From positions 2,044,011-2,108,010 of the forward strand of contig MU054117.1 in assembly GCA_013239625.1 (NCBI GenBank): DNA of 64,000 nt. The letters run 5' to 3'. The stretch's first letter is position 1. Every line of letters begins with the position of its first letter. This DNA comes from Lama guanicoe (lineage: Eukaryota). The notes under the pieces were generated by a model. It was not told where the DNA came from and searched no databases. It saw only the letters and a program-made list of their open reading frames with translations. This document shows, piece after piece, positions 49,414 through 63,990 of this stretch. A program made the position numbers and the translations under genes.

Positions 49414-50624
49414 GTGAGTTCACTGTGAGGTGGGCGTGGTGGGGGCGCTGGGCCGGGCAGGGCCCACCTGGGTACCTCCGGCCTGGGCAGCGTGGGAACC
49501 AGAGGGAGGCTGGGGTGCAGTTTGAGTTCCAGTTCCACCTGTGGCCCCGGGGGCCCCCGTCTGTGGAAGGTGGGTGATTCCTCACCGGGCTCCGGGGAAG
49601 ACAAAGTGAGGCACTGGGCAGGACAGGACGGGGGGGAGCGCCTCCCTTCCTCCACGAGGATGTCTGTCCTGGACGGGGTCCCTCCTTCACGCAGCTCGCA
49701 TGGTGGGCCTGCTGTGGGCCTGCTGTGGGCTGCACTGCGCCAGATGCAGCGCAGACCACGCTGTGTGTGTGACGTCCTAGCGGAGGGCGGCAGAGGACAG
49801 ACAAGTGGTCTGACAGATGGTGCTGTGGGGAATGGCCGGGGACGGCAGGGGAGGGGAGGGGACCAGGGAAGGTTTCGGGGGCAGGGGCACTTGAGCCAAG
49901 ACTGGGAGGAGGTGAAGGAGCGAGTCTTCAGGATGGAGATCAGGTGAGGATCATTCCAAACACTGGGGACGTGCGGGCCAGGGCCAGGGTGCAGTGCAGC
50001 TGGTAGGTTTGAGGAGCGGGAGGAGAATGCACGGTGGGAGAGGAGCGCAGGGGACCCGGGGGACGGGACTCCGGTCCCGTGGGCCCCGCCCTCAGTGAGT
50101 CGGGAGCCACTGAAGAACTTTGACCAAAGAAACGACGTGATCTTGTCCCTGGTTTTTTAAAATTAGAGAAGCAATTTCATTACTTTTCCAGCACTGGTAG
50201 TAAACATGAGCAGGGACGTGGTGGCAGGCAGAGGGTCATCTTGTTAAGGGGGCAATGTTCACAGAATTGTGCAGCCGCCACCACAGCTGGGTTTAGAACA
50301 TTTCCATCACTCCGGGTGCCCACTGGCGTGCACGCCCCAGTACCCCGCCTCCAGCCCTGGGCGGCCACGTATCTCCTTTCTGTGGCTGGGGATTTCTCTC
50401 TATTCGGACTGTTGCAAATAAAGGGAATAATTCATTTAGATGAGTTTATTTGTGACCGGCCAGATTTATTTTTCCCTTTGGAAAATACCTTTATTCTTCC
50501 TGAGGAAACAACATAAGTGAATATTAGAAACATTCCCGAAAGGCAAGAAGAAGGAGCGTTCCCACTTGCAAATGTTTAATTTGCCAGATGCTCACTGAGC
50601 CTCTGCTGTGTATCATGCTCTGTG

Positions 50625-50745
50625 TTAATTTGTTTATTTTTGGGGGGAGAGGTAATTAGGTTTATTTACTTATTTGAATGGAGGTCCTGGGGATTAAACC
50701 CAGGACCTTGGGCGTGCTTACTACGACTGAGCTATACCCTCCCCC
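50625..50745 (-). mobile_element. tRNA-derived SINE (Vic-1-like), first of a tandem pair
   Basis: ggtaattaggttt...ggggattaaacccaggacc...tgagctataccctcccc. Confidence 0.8.
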
Positions 50746-50757
50746 TGCCTCTGTGCT

Positions 50758-50910
50758 GTTTTTTTTTTAAATTTATTTTTATGTTTTGGTGAGGACGGAG
50801 GTAATTAGGTTTCTTTCTTTCTTTATTTTTAGAGGAGGTGCTGGGGATTGAACCTAGGACCTCATGCCTGCTAAGCATGCGCTGTACCACTTGAGCTGTT
50901 CCCTCCTCCT
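50758..50910 (-). mobile_element. tRNA-derived SINE (Vic-1-like), second of a tandem pair
   Basis: ggtaattaggttt...ggggattgaacctaggacctcatgcctgctaagcatgc...tgagctgttccctcc. Confidence 0.85.
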
Positions 50911-51339
50911 GACTCTGTTTTTTAAAACTTATAGTTATTACTATAAATTGCCTAAACCAATGACTCCAAAGACATAGAAATGGGCTGTCCTGGGCAGGCC
51001 CGGGCCGTGGAGCCAGGCTGGGGGTGAGGTCTCACGTGGGGCAGAGATTAGGGGAGACGGGAGGAAGTGGTGGCATCTTTGTCCCAGTTTCACAGACACA
51101 GAGGAGGTAGAGCTGAAGGTGATCTAGTCCGAGCCTTGATTCCGCAGAGGACGCAGGCTCAGAGACCCCTGCGACTTGCCCGGGACCACGGAGCGGCTGG
51201 GCAGCAGGAGGCCCTGCAGACTCAGCAGCCGTCCCTGGTGCTCCCGGGCTGCGGTGGGGGGTGCAGGTGGTGCAGGGGTCTGGGAGGGCGACTTGGAGAT
51301 GCCCGTCACAGACTTTAAAGAAGGTTCTTCCCTGCAAGG

Positions 51340-52012
51340 TGGAAACAGCCCAAACGTCCATCGGCGGAGGAAGGGATAAACTAAATGTGACATATACTTA
51401 TGATGAACCATTATTCAGCCTTAACAAAGGAAAGCAATTCTTTTTTTTTCCCTCCTTTTAATATATTTTTATTGAAGTAGAGTCAGTGTGCAGTGTTGTG
51501 TCAATTTCTGGTGCACAGCACAGTGCTTCAGTCATACGTGAACAGACATACATTCGTTTTCATATTCTTTTTCACCATAAGTTACTACAAGATATTGAAT
51601 ATGGTTCCCTGTGCTGTGCAGTAGAAACTTGTTCTTTATCTAAGGAAAGCAATTCTGATACACTCTACAACGTGGATAGAAGTGGAAGACATTATGCTAA
51701 ATAAAATAAGTCAGTCACAAAAGGCTAAATACCGTTTGATCCCACTTAGGTGAGGTGCCTAGAATGATCAGATTCCCAGAGACAGAAGGCGGAAGAGTGG
51801 GCGCTTGGAGCCGGGGGAGGCCGAGGGGGTTAGTGTTTAGTGGACAAAGTTTCAGTTTGGGAGGAGGAGAGAATTCTGGAGACGGATGGTGGTGATGGGT
51901 GTACAACAATGTGAATGTACCGAATGCCACTGAACTGCACACTTAAAAATGGCTAAAATAGTAAAATTTATGTTATGTATATTTTACCACCAGAAAAAAA
52001 AGCAAAAAAAAA
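51340..52012 (+). mobile_element. L1MB-like 3' end, interrupted by a younger antisense L1 tail
   Basis: ggaaacagcccaaacgtccatc...gaagacattatgctaa...gtgaatgtac...ccactgaactgcacacttaaaaatgg...A tail. Confidence 0.8.
51442..51641 (-). mobile_element. Younger L1 3' end with a 15-bp TSD
   Basis: AAGGAAAGCAATTCT at 51427-51441 and 51642-51656. Confidence 0.85.
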
Positions 52013-52985
52013 ACAGTCCATACCCTCTGACCCGGCAATTTCTCTGTTGCAAATTTACTTGAAGCACGAGGACGTGGGCAAGGGTCCTCATGACAGCAGG
52101 TTTCTAATTAAAAAACCAAAAGGGCCCGTGGGGGTTCTAACTGAGAAACCCTGAACAGCTGTGTAAGGTGGACATCGTGCGGCCACCAAAGTGGTGAAGT
52201 GGACGTCGATTTACTGATTTGAAAAGAGGTCCAGGATATACAATTTTTAATGGTTCTCAAGTAATACATAGAAGGTTCTCACTTTTGCAAAAAAAGGAAA
52301 TATGTATGTGTGTTTCCAAGGAAATTGGAAGGAAACACAGTGTTTTTTCCTTTCCTTCCCGTTGGACGTTCTGTTTTTTTCTACCGAGTAACACGAATTG
52401 CTTGAGAAGCTCTGTAATGTGGTTAAGAGCTCAGACGCAGGGCCAGAGCCCCTGGGTTTGTGCCTCAGTTTTCTCACCTGTGAATTGGGGGCCTACTGCA
52501 TGGGAGGTGGTTTGGGGAGGGTTTTGATGCTGAGACGCATTTGGAAGAGGGCGTGCCAGGTGTCACGACTGGGCAGTGGACAGTGACGTCTTCCCCCAGG
52601 TCCGCACTCTGAGGTGACTGAGGTGGGTGCCCTGGCCTTACGATTGTCCTCAGAGTCCACTCACGTGTCAATTGCTGGAAGTTCTTCAGGCCTGGCCTCC
52701 TTCTGGGGCCTGTGGGTCAGCGACAGTCTCCCCCAGCAGAGGGGAGGCCTCAGCTGCCCAGGGCCCGGTTCAGACCTGAGCCTGAGGGAGGGCAGAAACC
52801 CTCTGAAAATGGGTAGAGGGGAAGTCTTTTTCCAAGATGTCTTTGTTAGTTTTTCTCTAAAGTGTAAGAAATGTGATATTTTAATAAGCAGATCAAAGAA
52901 TACAGAACATATTTTTTTGTTCCCAAAGTAATAAACTGACTAGGTTTGTGAAGCGCACTGAGGAGACAGATAATGCACGCATTAG

Positions 52986-53558
<573 letters not shown>

Positions 53559-54214
53559 TAAGGGCTGTGGGGGATACAGGAAGTGGGACCAGGCTTTGTG
53601 GGGCCCAAAGCTTATAAAACCCTGAGGATGTGGCGGGGTTGGGGGGCGCTCTTCAGGAAAGGCAATACAAAGTCTGGTGCAGAGACGTTTGAGGGGTCCT
53701 TGCAAGTGAGGAACCCTGAGGCTGAATCTTCACCCTGAGTGTGCGGCAGGGACCCCGACGCACCTTCATAAGCACATCACAGGTATTTCCTCATCTAATC
53801 CTCCAGTGGTGACGCTGCGAACCTGTTTGTAGACGAGGAAGCGAGACCATGACTAGGATTGGAACCCAGGTCTCCTGGGGTTCACCCCCTTCCCTGTGCT
53901 GGCGACTAAGTGGGTCACAGCCCTGCCCTCCCCCTAGGGGTCTGCTGGCACCAGTGTGAGCAGCTGGCTGTCCTGCCCCACCCACTCCTGAGGCATTCGG
54001 GCCAGTGCCCTGGCCGCCAGCGGGAAACCCAGGGGGTCTCCTTGCCCTGAGGGTTCCTTCCATAAGGGGGGGGAGGGGATGCTTCCTCGCACGTCGCTCC
54101 CTGGGGGGCTAGACCCAGGGACAGGCCGGACGTCCCCCATGCCTCCCCTCGGCCAAGGGGTTGTGGGGCCCCCGGGTCAGGCCGCTTAGGCGCTCACGGT
54201 GGCCGCCTGTTGGG

Positions 54215-54430
54215 TGAGGGGGTCCGTGTGGTGACGCTGGGGTCCGAGGGGGGTTTGTGGGGGTCCGTGTGGGGTCCGAGTGGGCTCATGTGGAGTCTGT
54301 GTGGTGATTTTGTGGGTCTGAGTGGGTTCATCTGGAGTCTCTGTGGTGAACTTGGGGAGTGCATGTGGGTCCTGTGGGGTCCGTGTGGGGATTTTGTGAC
54401 TTCAGTGTGGCGTTCTGTGGGGTCTGGGTG
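54215..54430. repeat. Degenerate GT-rich tandem repeat
   Basis: Recurrent gggtccgtgtgg / gagtgggYtcatStggagtct / gattttgtg motifs. Confidence 0.7.
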
Positions 54431-54927
54431 TTGTCTGTCCTCTGAATCCCCTCCTGCTGCCTGCTCCCCAGGGTCCCCCGTGCCCACAGCCCCACCAAGG
54501 CTGCCCCTGGTCCCCGTCCACTGGCCACAGACACGCTGGGTTCCTGCCCCGGGAGAGACCCGACAACTGTCCCTTCAGCTTTCCTCTGGGGAGCATGAAA
54601 TTAGGAGTGTCTGTGAGATGATCAGAGCCCAGGCTGTCAGGGACCCCAGCTCAGGAAACCTCCTGCCTCTGGCCAAGCGCCAGGCCGGTGGGGACGGACA
54701 TGTGGGGTGGGTCCCGGTGAAGCAGGGCCCCGCTGCCTCTCCCCAGGCTCAGGCCCCCACTCCCCTCCTTGCCGGCGTCTTCTGGTCTTACTCTCGAGGC
54801 TGCTTACTCCCCTGCTCCTCCCACCCCCCCTGATTTTACAAGTGGGTTTACAAGTAACGCACAATTGTCAGAGAAAAACTAGAAAACGCAAGTGGGCAAA
54901 AAGAAAAGAACTTTAAAAAGTGAACTG

Positions 54928-55043
54928 GTGGGGAGGGGACAGCTCAGTGGTGGAGTGTGTGCTTAGCGTGCACGAGGTCCTGGGTTCAACCCCCGGCACC
55001 TGCATTAAATTTTAAAAAAGCAAAAAAAAAAAAAAAAAAAAAA
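54928..55043 (+). mobile_element. tRNA-derived SINE (short form) with poly(A) tail
   Basis: ggggaggggacagctcagtgg...gaggtcctgggttcaacccc plus an A run; TSD-like aaaaagtgaactg / aaaaatgagctg. Confidence 0.85.
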
Positions 55044-55334
55044 TGAGCTGAAATCCTACCACCTAGAGAACCACTTGTGAACTTCTGAGTGATGCTCCTT
55101 CCAGAGTTTTTCTCATGAAAAGAAAAAATTCACATTCAAATGTGTGTCATAAAAATGGAAGCACGCTCAGGCTGGTGTTCTGCCACTGCTTTTCTTAGTA
55201 GAATAAGGTGTAAGTGGCCTCTCGCGCCCTGAATCAGCCTGGCGGTTCTGGGAGGTGCCCACAGCCGCGCCCGCGGCTTCTGGGCTCACGCTGGTCCCGT
55301 GGCTTCTCTCATTCTCCCCCCACCCACCCACCAG

Positions 55335-55475
55335 GCATCGGTCTGGCGTCTGTGGTCATCGAGGCCTATCTGAACATCTACTACATCGTCATCCTCGCCT
55401 GGGCTCTCTTCTACCTATTCAGCTCCTTCACCTCGGAGCTGCCCTGGACGGCCTGCACCCACTCCTGGAACACGG
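55335..55475 (+). CDS. SLC6A12: BGT-1 coding exon 3
   Basis: [47 protein letters not shown]|gtatgt; 141 nt. Confidence 0.96.
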
Positions 55476-56237
55476 GTATGTGTCGCGGCCGCCCCAGGAC
55501 AGGGCCTCTCCCTCGGGGCTGGGCCGGGGCGACGGGCGATGGGCTTGCCAGCCGAGCTGTGTGGGCTTGGTGCCCATCCTGCTGGCCGACCCTGGTGGGG
55601 ACCTCTGACGGGCCACCGGGACAGCAGAAACCTGAGCGGGATTGTGAGTGTGACAGCACCCCTCCCTCCCCGCTCACCGAGCGCCGTGTGCACCGGGCCT
55701 CCTCTGCGCAGACACAAGAGGTCCCGGGTGGGCACAGGGGCATGGCCCCGGCCCCAGGAGCCGACGCCCAGCGCTGGAAACAGACACACGGACGAAACGG
55801 CTACAGATTCCAGCGAGAGAAGGGGACGGGGCAGGGACCAGTGAGGACGGGAGGGAGGGGTGCCCACTGAGGCCTGAGGATGAGGAGGAGCCTGGTATGG
55901 ACCGCATTGCCAGCGGGGCCAGAGCAGCGCGGGCTCAGGCTTTCCCTCTGGAGCGTGGAGAGGGCTGTCCTCTGGGTCTGAAGTCTGGACGGTGTCGGGT
56001 GGCCGGCAGGCGGCCAGAGGAGCAGCCAGCTTCACCGGAACACGGGCTGGGCAAGGCACGTGGGGACAAGAGCTGGTCCCAGGAGCCGCCTGAGCAGGCC
56101 TTTCCTGACACTCTACAAAATGGACCGGGAAGGATGAGGACCACCGGGCTGCGAGGCTGGCGGGGCGGGGGGGAGGGTGCCAGGGCACCTCTGCCCGCTG
56201 GTCCCGGGCTGACGCTCGCCCGTCTTCTTCCCCACAG

Positions 56238-56325
56238 AGCAGTGCAGGGACTTTGTGAACCACTCAGCCGCCAGCACAGCGACCCCTTCTGAGAACTTCA
56301 CCTCGCCCGTCATAGAGTTCTGGGA
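56238..56325 (+). CDS. SLC6A12: BGT-1 coding exon 4 (EL2; sequons NHS, NFT)
   Basis: cacag|[35 protein letters not shown]|gtaggt; 88 nt. Confidence 0.94.
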
Positions 56326-56429
56326 GTAGGTGCTGGGCCTGGGTGCTGCACCCCAGGGGCCCCAAATAGAGGAAACTGGGTTGTCGGGAGCCTGGGATGA
56401 GGGATGCATGTGTATGCCCCTCTGTGTGC

Positions 56430-57030
56430 TCTCTCCAGCCCTCACACACCGCCCACCCCATCACTGAGAGATGAGGGACCCTCACACTCGTCCGTCTCAC
56501 CCTCACGCTCACCCCACACCCACCTGCGTTCACCTAGACTCACACACACGTCTTGTATCCTCACACATGCCTCCCTGCACCCCACACACCCAGCTGCACT
56601 CCCTCCTCTGCCCACGGTGGCCTGGCTGGGTTCTGAGATGTCATGTTGGTAGCGGGACATTGGCCAAGGTGGGAGAATTTATACCACAGAAATTGGCAAA
56701 TTTCAACTCTCACTCACAACCCACCCTCCACGTGGCCACCTACACCTCCGCACCCACATGTGTTCACCTCCGTCCTTACACAAGTCCACCTGCCCTCACA
56801 CTTACCTCAACCCACACGCACCCACTGACACAGTCACAGGCGCTCCCACACGTCACCCCCCCACGCATGTCCCCTACACTCGTGCACACGCCTCTCCATC
56901 ACCCTGGTCACTTCTTTAGACGCCGACACACATCCACCCCTCCGTTTGCCCCCCACCACACGCTCCTCCACGTGCACACGCAGGTACTTGCTCCCTGTTG
57001 GCACAGACATTCACCTCCCTCACCTTCTCT
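56430..57030. repeat. CA-rich low-complexity region
   Basis: Many cacac/ccca motifs; G-poor. Confidence 0.6.
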
Positions 57031-57289
57031 GTCTGTCTCTCTGTACAACAGAGAAAGCTGGATGAGTTAGAAAGACACAGATACCTATGGGATTACGTGA
57101 CTGACCTTCTAACAGCCAGGGGCACACAGACCACAGGTGGGAACCTGATGGCCACGGGGCGGGGAGGGGCGGGGGTGGGGAAGCCGGGACTGTGAGACCG
57201 TGGGTCAGCTCCGAGGTTCAGGAGACCTGACGACAGAGGCCCCTCGTTGCCCCTTCGGCCATCACCTTCTCTATCTCCCCGTCCCGCAG

Positions 57290-57422
57290 GAGACGTGTTC
57301 TGGGCCTCACCGCTGGCCTCCATGACCTGGGGGCCCTGCGCTGGGAGCTGGCCCTGTGCCTCCTGCTCGCCTGGGTGGTCTGCTACTTCTGCATCTGGAA
57401 AGGGGTCAAGATCACAGGCAAG
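57290..57422 (+). CDS. SLC6A12: BGT-1 coding exon 5
   Basis: [44 protein letters not shown]; |gtgagg; 133 nt. Confidence 0.96.
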
Positions 57423-58539
57423 GTGAGGTGTCCTGGCTCCAGGAACATTCTCTGTGGCCCCCGGAGTCCACAGGGACACTCAACAGCGTCCCTCTGAAGA
57501 ACTGGAAGGAAAAGCAGCGTGAGGGAGAGGCCTGGTGGGAGCAGGGGAAGTGGTAGGAAGGCGAACCCTGCTAACTTAGCCCAACAAAGAAAAAGCTTTC
57601 TTTTTCAGTATGACTTGCGAAGGTCTGTTTACATAACACGCAGAGCAAAATAAGAAATGCCAGTTTCAAGGTCAGGGCCGAGGCACCCGCGTGACAGCTG
57701 GTGGTCTGCTTTCCGTGGCCAGCATTTCGCCGTGTCACCTTCTAGCTTCCTGTGTATGTGTATGTCTGTGTCTATGGTGGGCGACGGCTGCAGCTGGGTC
57801 AGACGGTGTGACGACACACCACGGCGATGTCTAGGGTGAACCGGCCAGCAGGTGGCAGGTGCCCCACCAGCGGAGGAGTCCACACTGAGAGTGGACGAGG
57901 TGGCCGGTTGCATGTCGGGGGAGAGCTCGCCTTGGGGCGTTAATTCCAACCCAGAGAGTCTGATGCGGGCGCTGCCTGCTTTTCGAAGCCTGGAACAGAA
58001 GAAGCACAGACTCCTCTCATTAGCCGGCCCTGCAGCGGCCTCCCCCTTCCGTGGGCGGCTGTCATAAAAATGCCATGAAAGTAGCAATAGTAACACTGAA
58101 AACACAGACGGTGCCCACACCTTGGGCAAGGAGCTCCGTCTGGTATAGAGTGGGGCCCATCCATGGGTCTGCAGCCCCAGAGCTCAGGACACCGCTGCCC
58201 CCAGTCTCAAGCCTGGGAAAGCACAGCCTAAGTTCCCCCGCCCATCACGTACACAGCTGCTCACCTTCCCCCATTGGGGGGGGCAGCCTCTCGGGGCATG
58301 AGGGGCGATTAGGGAGTCCTTCCTCCTCCTGCTGTGCCCCGCTGACATGTAGCCCCCTCTGAACGAGTAGCGGGACGGGGAGTGGGGGAAGTTCCGTGAG
58401 CTCCCCACCCTGCCCCCAGATGTCTCCAAGAGGGTGGCGAACACTGAGCGAGGCGTGGGTGACAGGGGGGCCCCTGCGGGCCCCGTCCAGCGCCAGCTGC
58501 GCCCCCACCAGCAGCGACCCGGGTCGGCTTCCCCTGCAG

Positions 58540-58674
58540 GTTGTTTACTTCACGGCCACGTTCCCCTACCTGATGCTGGTCATCCTCTTGGTCCGCGGCG
58601 TCACGCTGCCCGGGGCCTCCGCGGGCATTATCTACTACCTGAAGCCGGATCTGCTTCGCCTCAAGGACCCCCAG
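58540..58674 (+). CDS. SLC6A12: BGT-1 coding exon 6
   Basis: [45 protein letters not shown]; |gtagga; 135 nt. Confidence 0.96.
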
Positions 58675-59654
58675 GTAGGAGCCATGCGGGGGACCGGCCC
58701 CAGCTTCCCCCACCACGGCTGACCCGGACTCCTGAGAACCTTTGATTGCTTTTCTTTTGGTTTAAAGGCGATATATGCCCACTGGAGTGAAATTAGATAA
58801 TACGGAAAAAAATTGTGAAAAAGGAACTGAAAGTCTTTTGTAATCCTACCACTCAGCTACCAACTCTGTTGGCCTTTTAGGATATTTCCTTCCAACATGT
58901 TTTCTGGCTGGTGTGTGTGTTCCAACATAGTTGAGATAATTACATAGGGAGACATATTTTTTCATCTAAGTTATATTGTATGCATTTTCCACGTTATTTA
59001 ATTCTAAGTGTCATTTTAACACGTGCATGGTGTCTCCTCCATCCACCGTCCGTTCGTTCACTCCCTCAGCCAGGATGTGCTGAGGTCCCGCGAGTCCAGA
59101 CACTGCTCTCGCCCAGACGTCGGGCGGTGGGACCAGGCTGCACGCCCTCGGGCGCCCGACTCTGGGCAGGGGCTGGCTTTTACTCAGCCCTTCCCCGTTC
59201 TTGCACGTTCAGGCCGTGGATTTTCTTTCGATTGTATAGACAGCTGCAGTGCACACCTTGTGTTTAACTCCGCGCCCGCATCTCTGTTATTTCCTGACAC
59301 AGTCAGACGCGGGATCACTAAGTCAAGGAGTGCGTGCCTCTGAAGGCTGCCGCGTGCCGTGGGCTTTGACCGCCCGTGTTAGCGGGTGCCCTTCCTTCCT
59401 TCCGCAGGCCAAGGAGACAGTCGAGCATAATTTATTGTAAACTTCGATGGTTCAGAGTAGTATGTTGCTGTTTTAATTTAATTTTTTTTACTACGAGGTT
59501 GGACATTTCTCCGCAGATTCATTAGCCCTTACATGTCCTCCTCTGGACGTGTCCGAGCACATCCTCCCCTCCTCTCCCACCCCCTCCCTGGGGTCTTGGT
59601 CTTTTTTCTCTACATTTGAAGGGAGCGGCCTCTGCCCACCACCGTGGCTCCTAG

Positions 59655-60023
<369 letters not shown>

Positions 60024-60040
60024 TGAGGGGGGGCGCGGGG

Positions 60041-60085
60041 NNNNNNNNNNNNNNNNNNNNNNNNNNNNNNNNNNNNNNNNNNNNN
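60041..60085. other. Assembly gap (45 N)
   Basis: N run 18 nt after BGT-1 coding exon 7. Confidence 0.99.
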
Positions 60086-60140
60086 GGACCCTGGGGGGGG
60101 CCCAGGCCTCCCTCCTGTAGGAGCAGTCTCTCCAGACTGA

Positions 60141-60545
<405 letters not shown>

Positions 60546-60733
60546 TGAGGAGGGCAGTGCTTGACACAGAGCAGGGCCCCCAAACCAGGGGCGGGAGAGG
60601 GGAACACATGGGTGGATGGATGCATGAGTGGAAAGTGTGCTCCCCAGAACCTGGTAGAGTAGGTAACTGGTGGAAGCAGATGCCCTCTGAACTTGCACAC
60701 GCACACGTAGGGGCGGGCTTTCCTGGGCAGTGA

Positions 60734-61084
<351 letters not shown>

Positions 61085-61386
61085 TGACCCTCCCCCAGAC
61101 TTGGACTCGCTTTCCCAAATGTCCCTCCAGCTCCTCCAGGCCGCCCAGCGCCGGCTGCCCAGCCCTGCCCAGCCTTGGGGACAGAATGGGCTGTCCCCTC
61201 TGGCCCCACTGCTGGGACCCTCTGTTGCGGAAATGTGGCCAAGGCGGGTCTGGCCTCACCCCAGCTCTGCCCTCACCCCAGCTCTGCCCTCTGTGCCCCT
61301 GCATTCTGTGGGTTACCCTGGGGGTGGGGTGCGAGGAGGCGGGCACGGGCAGGTGGCCCCTCTCACCCCGCCCCCTCCGCCCGCAG

Positions 61387-61524
61387 TTTGTCTGTATGGA
61401 GTGCATGGTGACAGCCTCCATGGACATGTTCCCCAGGCAGCTCCGGAAGAGCGGGCGGCGGGAGCTCCTGATCCTTGGCATCGCGGTCGTGTGCTACCTG
61501 ATCGGGCTCTTCCTGGTCACCGAG
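61387..61524 (+). CDS. SLC6A12: BGT-1 coding exon 10
   Basis: [46 protein letters not shown]; |gtgagc; 138 nt. Confidence 0.96.
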
Positions 61525-62253
61525 GTGAGCGGCAGCCACGGCCTGCGGGCCAGGTGGGGACCTGCCGACCCTCAGCCACGTTCTCCTCACCACGAGGTTG
61601 GAGGGACCACACGATGGAACCTTCCTGTATTGGTTACCTCTCTTTTGGTTTCAGACAACTGAAACTAAACGCCAGCTGGCTTAAGCAGGAAGGTGAATTT
61701 TTGGGTCAGGAAACTGGCGTCTAGAGATGTTTTGGTTTCAGGCATGGTTGGATCCAGCAGCTCCAGTGTCATTGTCGGGGATGCTCCCCTCTATCTCCTG
61801 GCTTCTTTCCTCTAGTAACATGATTTTTGTCTAAATTTCCCACCTGCGACGTTGCAGACGGCTGGTGCAGCTTCAGGCTTCCTTTCTGCCACCAGCCCAC
61901 TCCGGGGGAGGTAGGGGCCCTTTTCCTGAGAGGGCACTGGGTGTCAGCTGTGGCCCGTCTTCAGGCCTGAAGCAGGGAGGGAGCACCCTTAGAGTGAGGC
62001 GGCCCCAACTTGTCAGCTTCCAGAAGATGAGGGCTAAGCAGACTATGTAATGTGTGTGGCCCCCGTCCCCAGGGTCCTCGCAGATGTCAGAGAGGGTTGT
62101 CCTGATGGTAGAGGAGGGCTGGGAGGCAGGGACAGGCAGGGCAAAGTCAGCTGCAAGCGACGACACACCCTGGGCTGGCAGGGCGGCACCCCGGGTGGGT
62201 GTCTGTCCCCTGCCTGAGTGGGCCAGGGCCTCAGCTCCACCCCTGCTCCGCAG

Positions 62254-62356
62254 GGCGGGATGTACATCTTCCAGCTGTTCGATTATTATGCCTGCAGCGG
62301 CACGTGCCTGCTCTTCCTTTCCGTGTTTGAAGTGATCTGCATCAGCTGGGTGTACG
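62254..62356 (+). CDS. SLC6A12: BGT-1 coding exon 11
   Basis: [35 protein letters not shown]|gtaagt; 103 nt. Confidence 0.96.
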
Positions 62357-63275
62357 GTAAGTGGGGTGCGGGGTGCGGATAAGGACAGGTGTGCCGGCCC
62401 TCCGGTCTCTGTAGGTCTTTGTGCTGCCGTCCTGGTTCCTTTTACTTGAGAAGTTTCTCCATCGCTGGGAACCCAGGCATCTCCCATCACGGCAGGTGGA
62501 GCGGGGGCAGCGATGACACTGAGCTCCTTGAATAGTGAGAATAATTATAAATAACCGTGCACGCCGGTTCCCCGCTGCTTTCCAAGGCTTGTTCTCCGAG
62601 GGGATCTGATAAACTCAGTCACAGCCAGGTGCAAATGGCTGATAATCTGTGACACCACAGCACTACCTGGTGTTCACCTGCGGGGGAGTGACTCTGGTGG
62701 CATTTCGTGGTGGTCTTTGGTGAGGGGAGGAAGCCCTGTGTCTTCCCTGGTCACCGGCTCTTTACTTCTTAGAAGATACAGCAAATGTGGAAACCTGAGG
62801 GCGCTGAACAAAACAGATACAAGCGTCGGTGTTTCCCGGCAACAAACTGGCCCCCTTATGTGCTTCGCTGGGACCGCAGAGGGGCTCCCGGGGTCTGGGG
62901 TCCAGCCGCCCCCCTGCCCAGTGCTTCCCGGCCACGCTGTCCGCGCTGGGCTCGCGCAGCGGCTCCCTCGCTGTTTGGCTGCTTTTACTTGAAAGCCAGC
63001 TGTCTCTGTGCCAAACAAGCGCCGGTGGGGCGGCGGAGCCCGCTGACTCGCACCCTCCTCGGTGTGAGGAGGCGGGTCTCCGTCCCTAGACCGGAGACAG
63101 GAGATGCGCTGGGCGGTTCGGGGACTCTCGAGGGCCCCAGCTTGTGGGTGGCAGCCCTCCCGCCTCCCTGTCACTCACATGCCCTGGTCCACGTCCCCCC
63201 ACGGGGTGTGGGGAGGCGGGCAAAGCAGGTAGTCCTTCCCAATACCCACCCGCTGTTCCCCAACCTGCCCGGCAG

Positions 63276-63376
63276 GGGCCGAGCGTTTCTATGACAACGT
63301 TGAGGACATGATTGGCTACCGGCCATGGCCCCTGGTGAAGATCTCCTGGCTCTTCCTGACCCCGGGACTTTGCCTG
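63276..63376 (+). CDS. SLC6A12: BGT-1 coding exon 12
   Basis: [33 protein letters not shown]; |gtaagt; 101 nt. Confidence 0.96.
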
Positions 63377-63819
63377 GTAAGTGCCTGCCAGTGCCCCCAG
63401 CCCCCTTCTGCCTCCGGCCAACTCGGGAGGGGGAGGGGAGGGGCAGGAGGCTGAGTTCTGGGGCTCCTTCCTGCCTGCCCAGGGGCCCGCCCCTCATGTG
63501 CACGGGTTCCCCCGCCTGTCTTTTCTGGGGCCTCCTCAGCTGGCTCCCTGCTTTACCAGCATCACCAGCTGTCTGGTTCCTGCTCCACCCCTTTCTCATG
63601 GCACCTCCATCCACCTGCTTCGTTTCCCAGTGCTTGGTCTCCCTCTGTCTGTCTGCTTGGAGCTCCTCCATCTCCTTCCTGTCTCTGGGCGCAGGGTTCG
63701 TGGCGGCCTTTGCCCTCCCACCTCTGAAAGCGCGGTGTGTTGAGCTGAGCTCCACCCCTGGGGAGAGGTTTCCGGGGCCCCTCCCTCATCTGCTCCTGCC
63801 CCTCCCACTTTCCTTCTAG

Positions 63820-63990
63820 GCCACGTTCCTCTTCTCCTTGAGCAAGTACAGCCCTCTCAAATACAACAACGTCTACGTGTACCCGCCCTGGGGGCGCTCC
63901 ATCGGCTGGCTGCTGGCGCTCTCCTCCATGGGCTGCGTCCCACTCTTCATCCTCACCACCCTCCTGAAGACCCAGGGTTCCCTCAGGAAG
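63820..63990 (+). CDS. SLC6A12: BGT-1 coding exon 13 (final coding exon lies beyond the window)
   Basis: [57 protein letters not shown]; |gtaggc; 171 nt. Confidence 0.95.
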
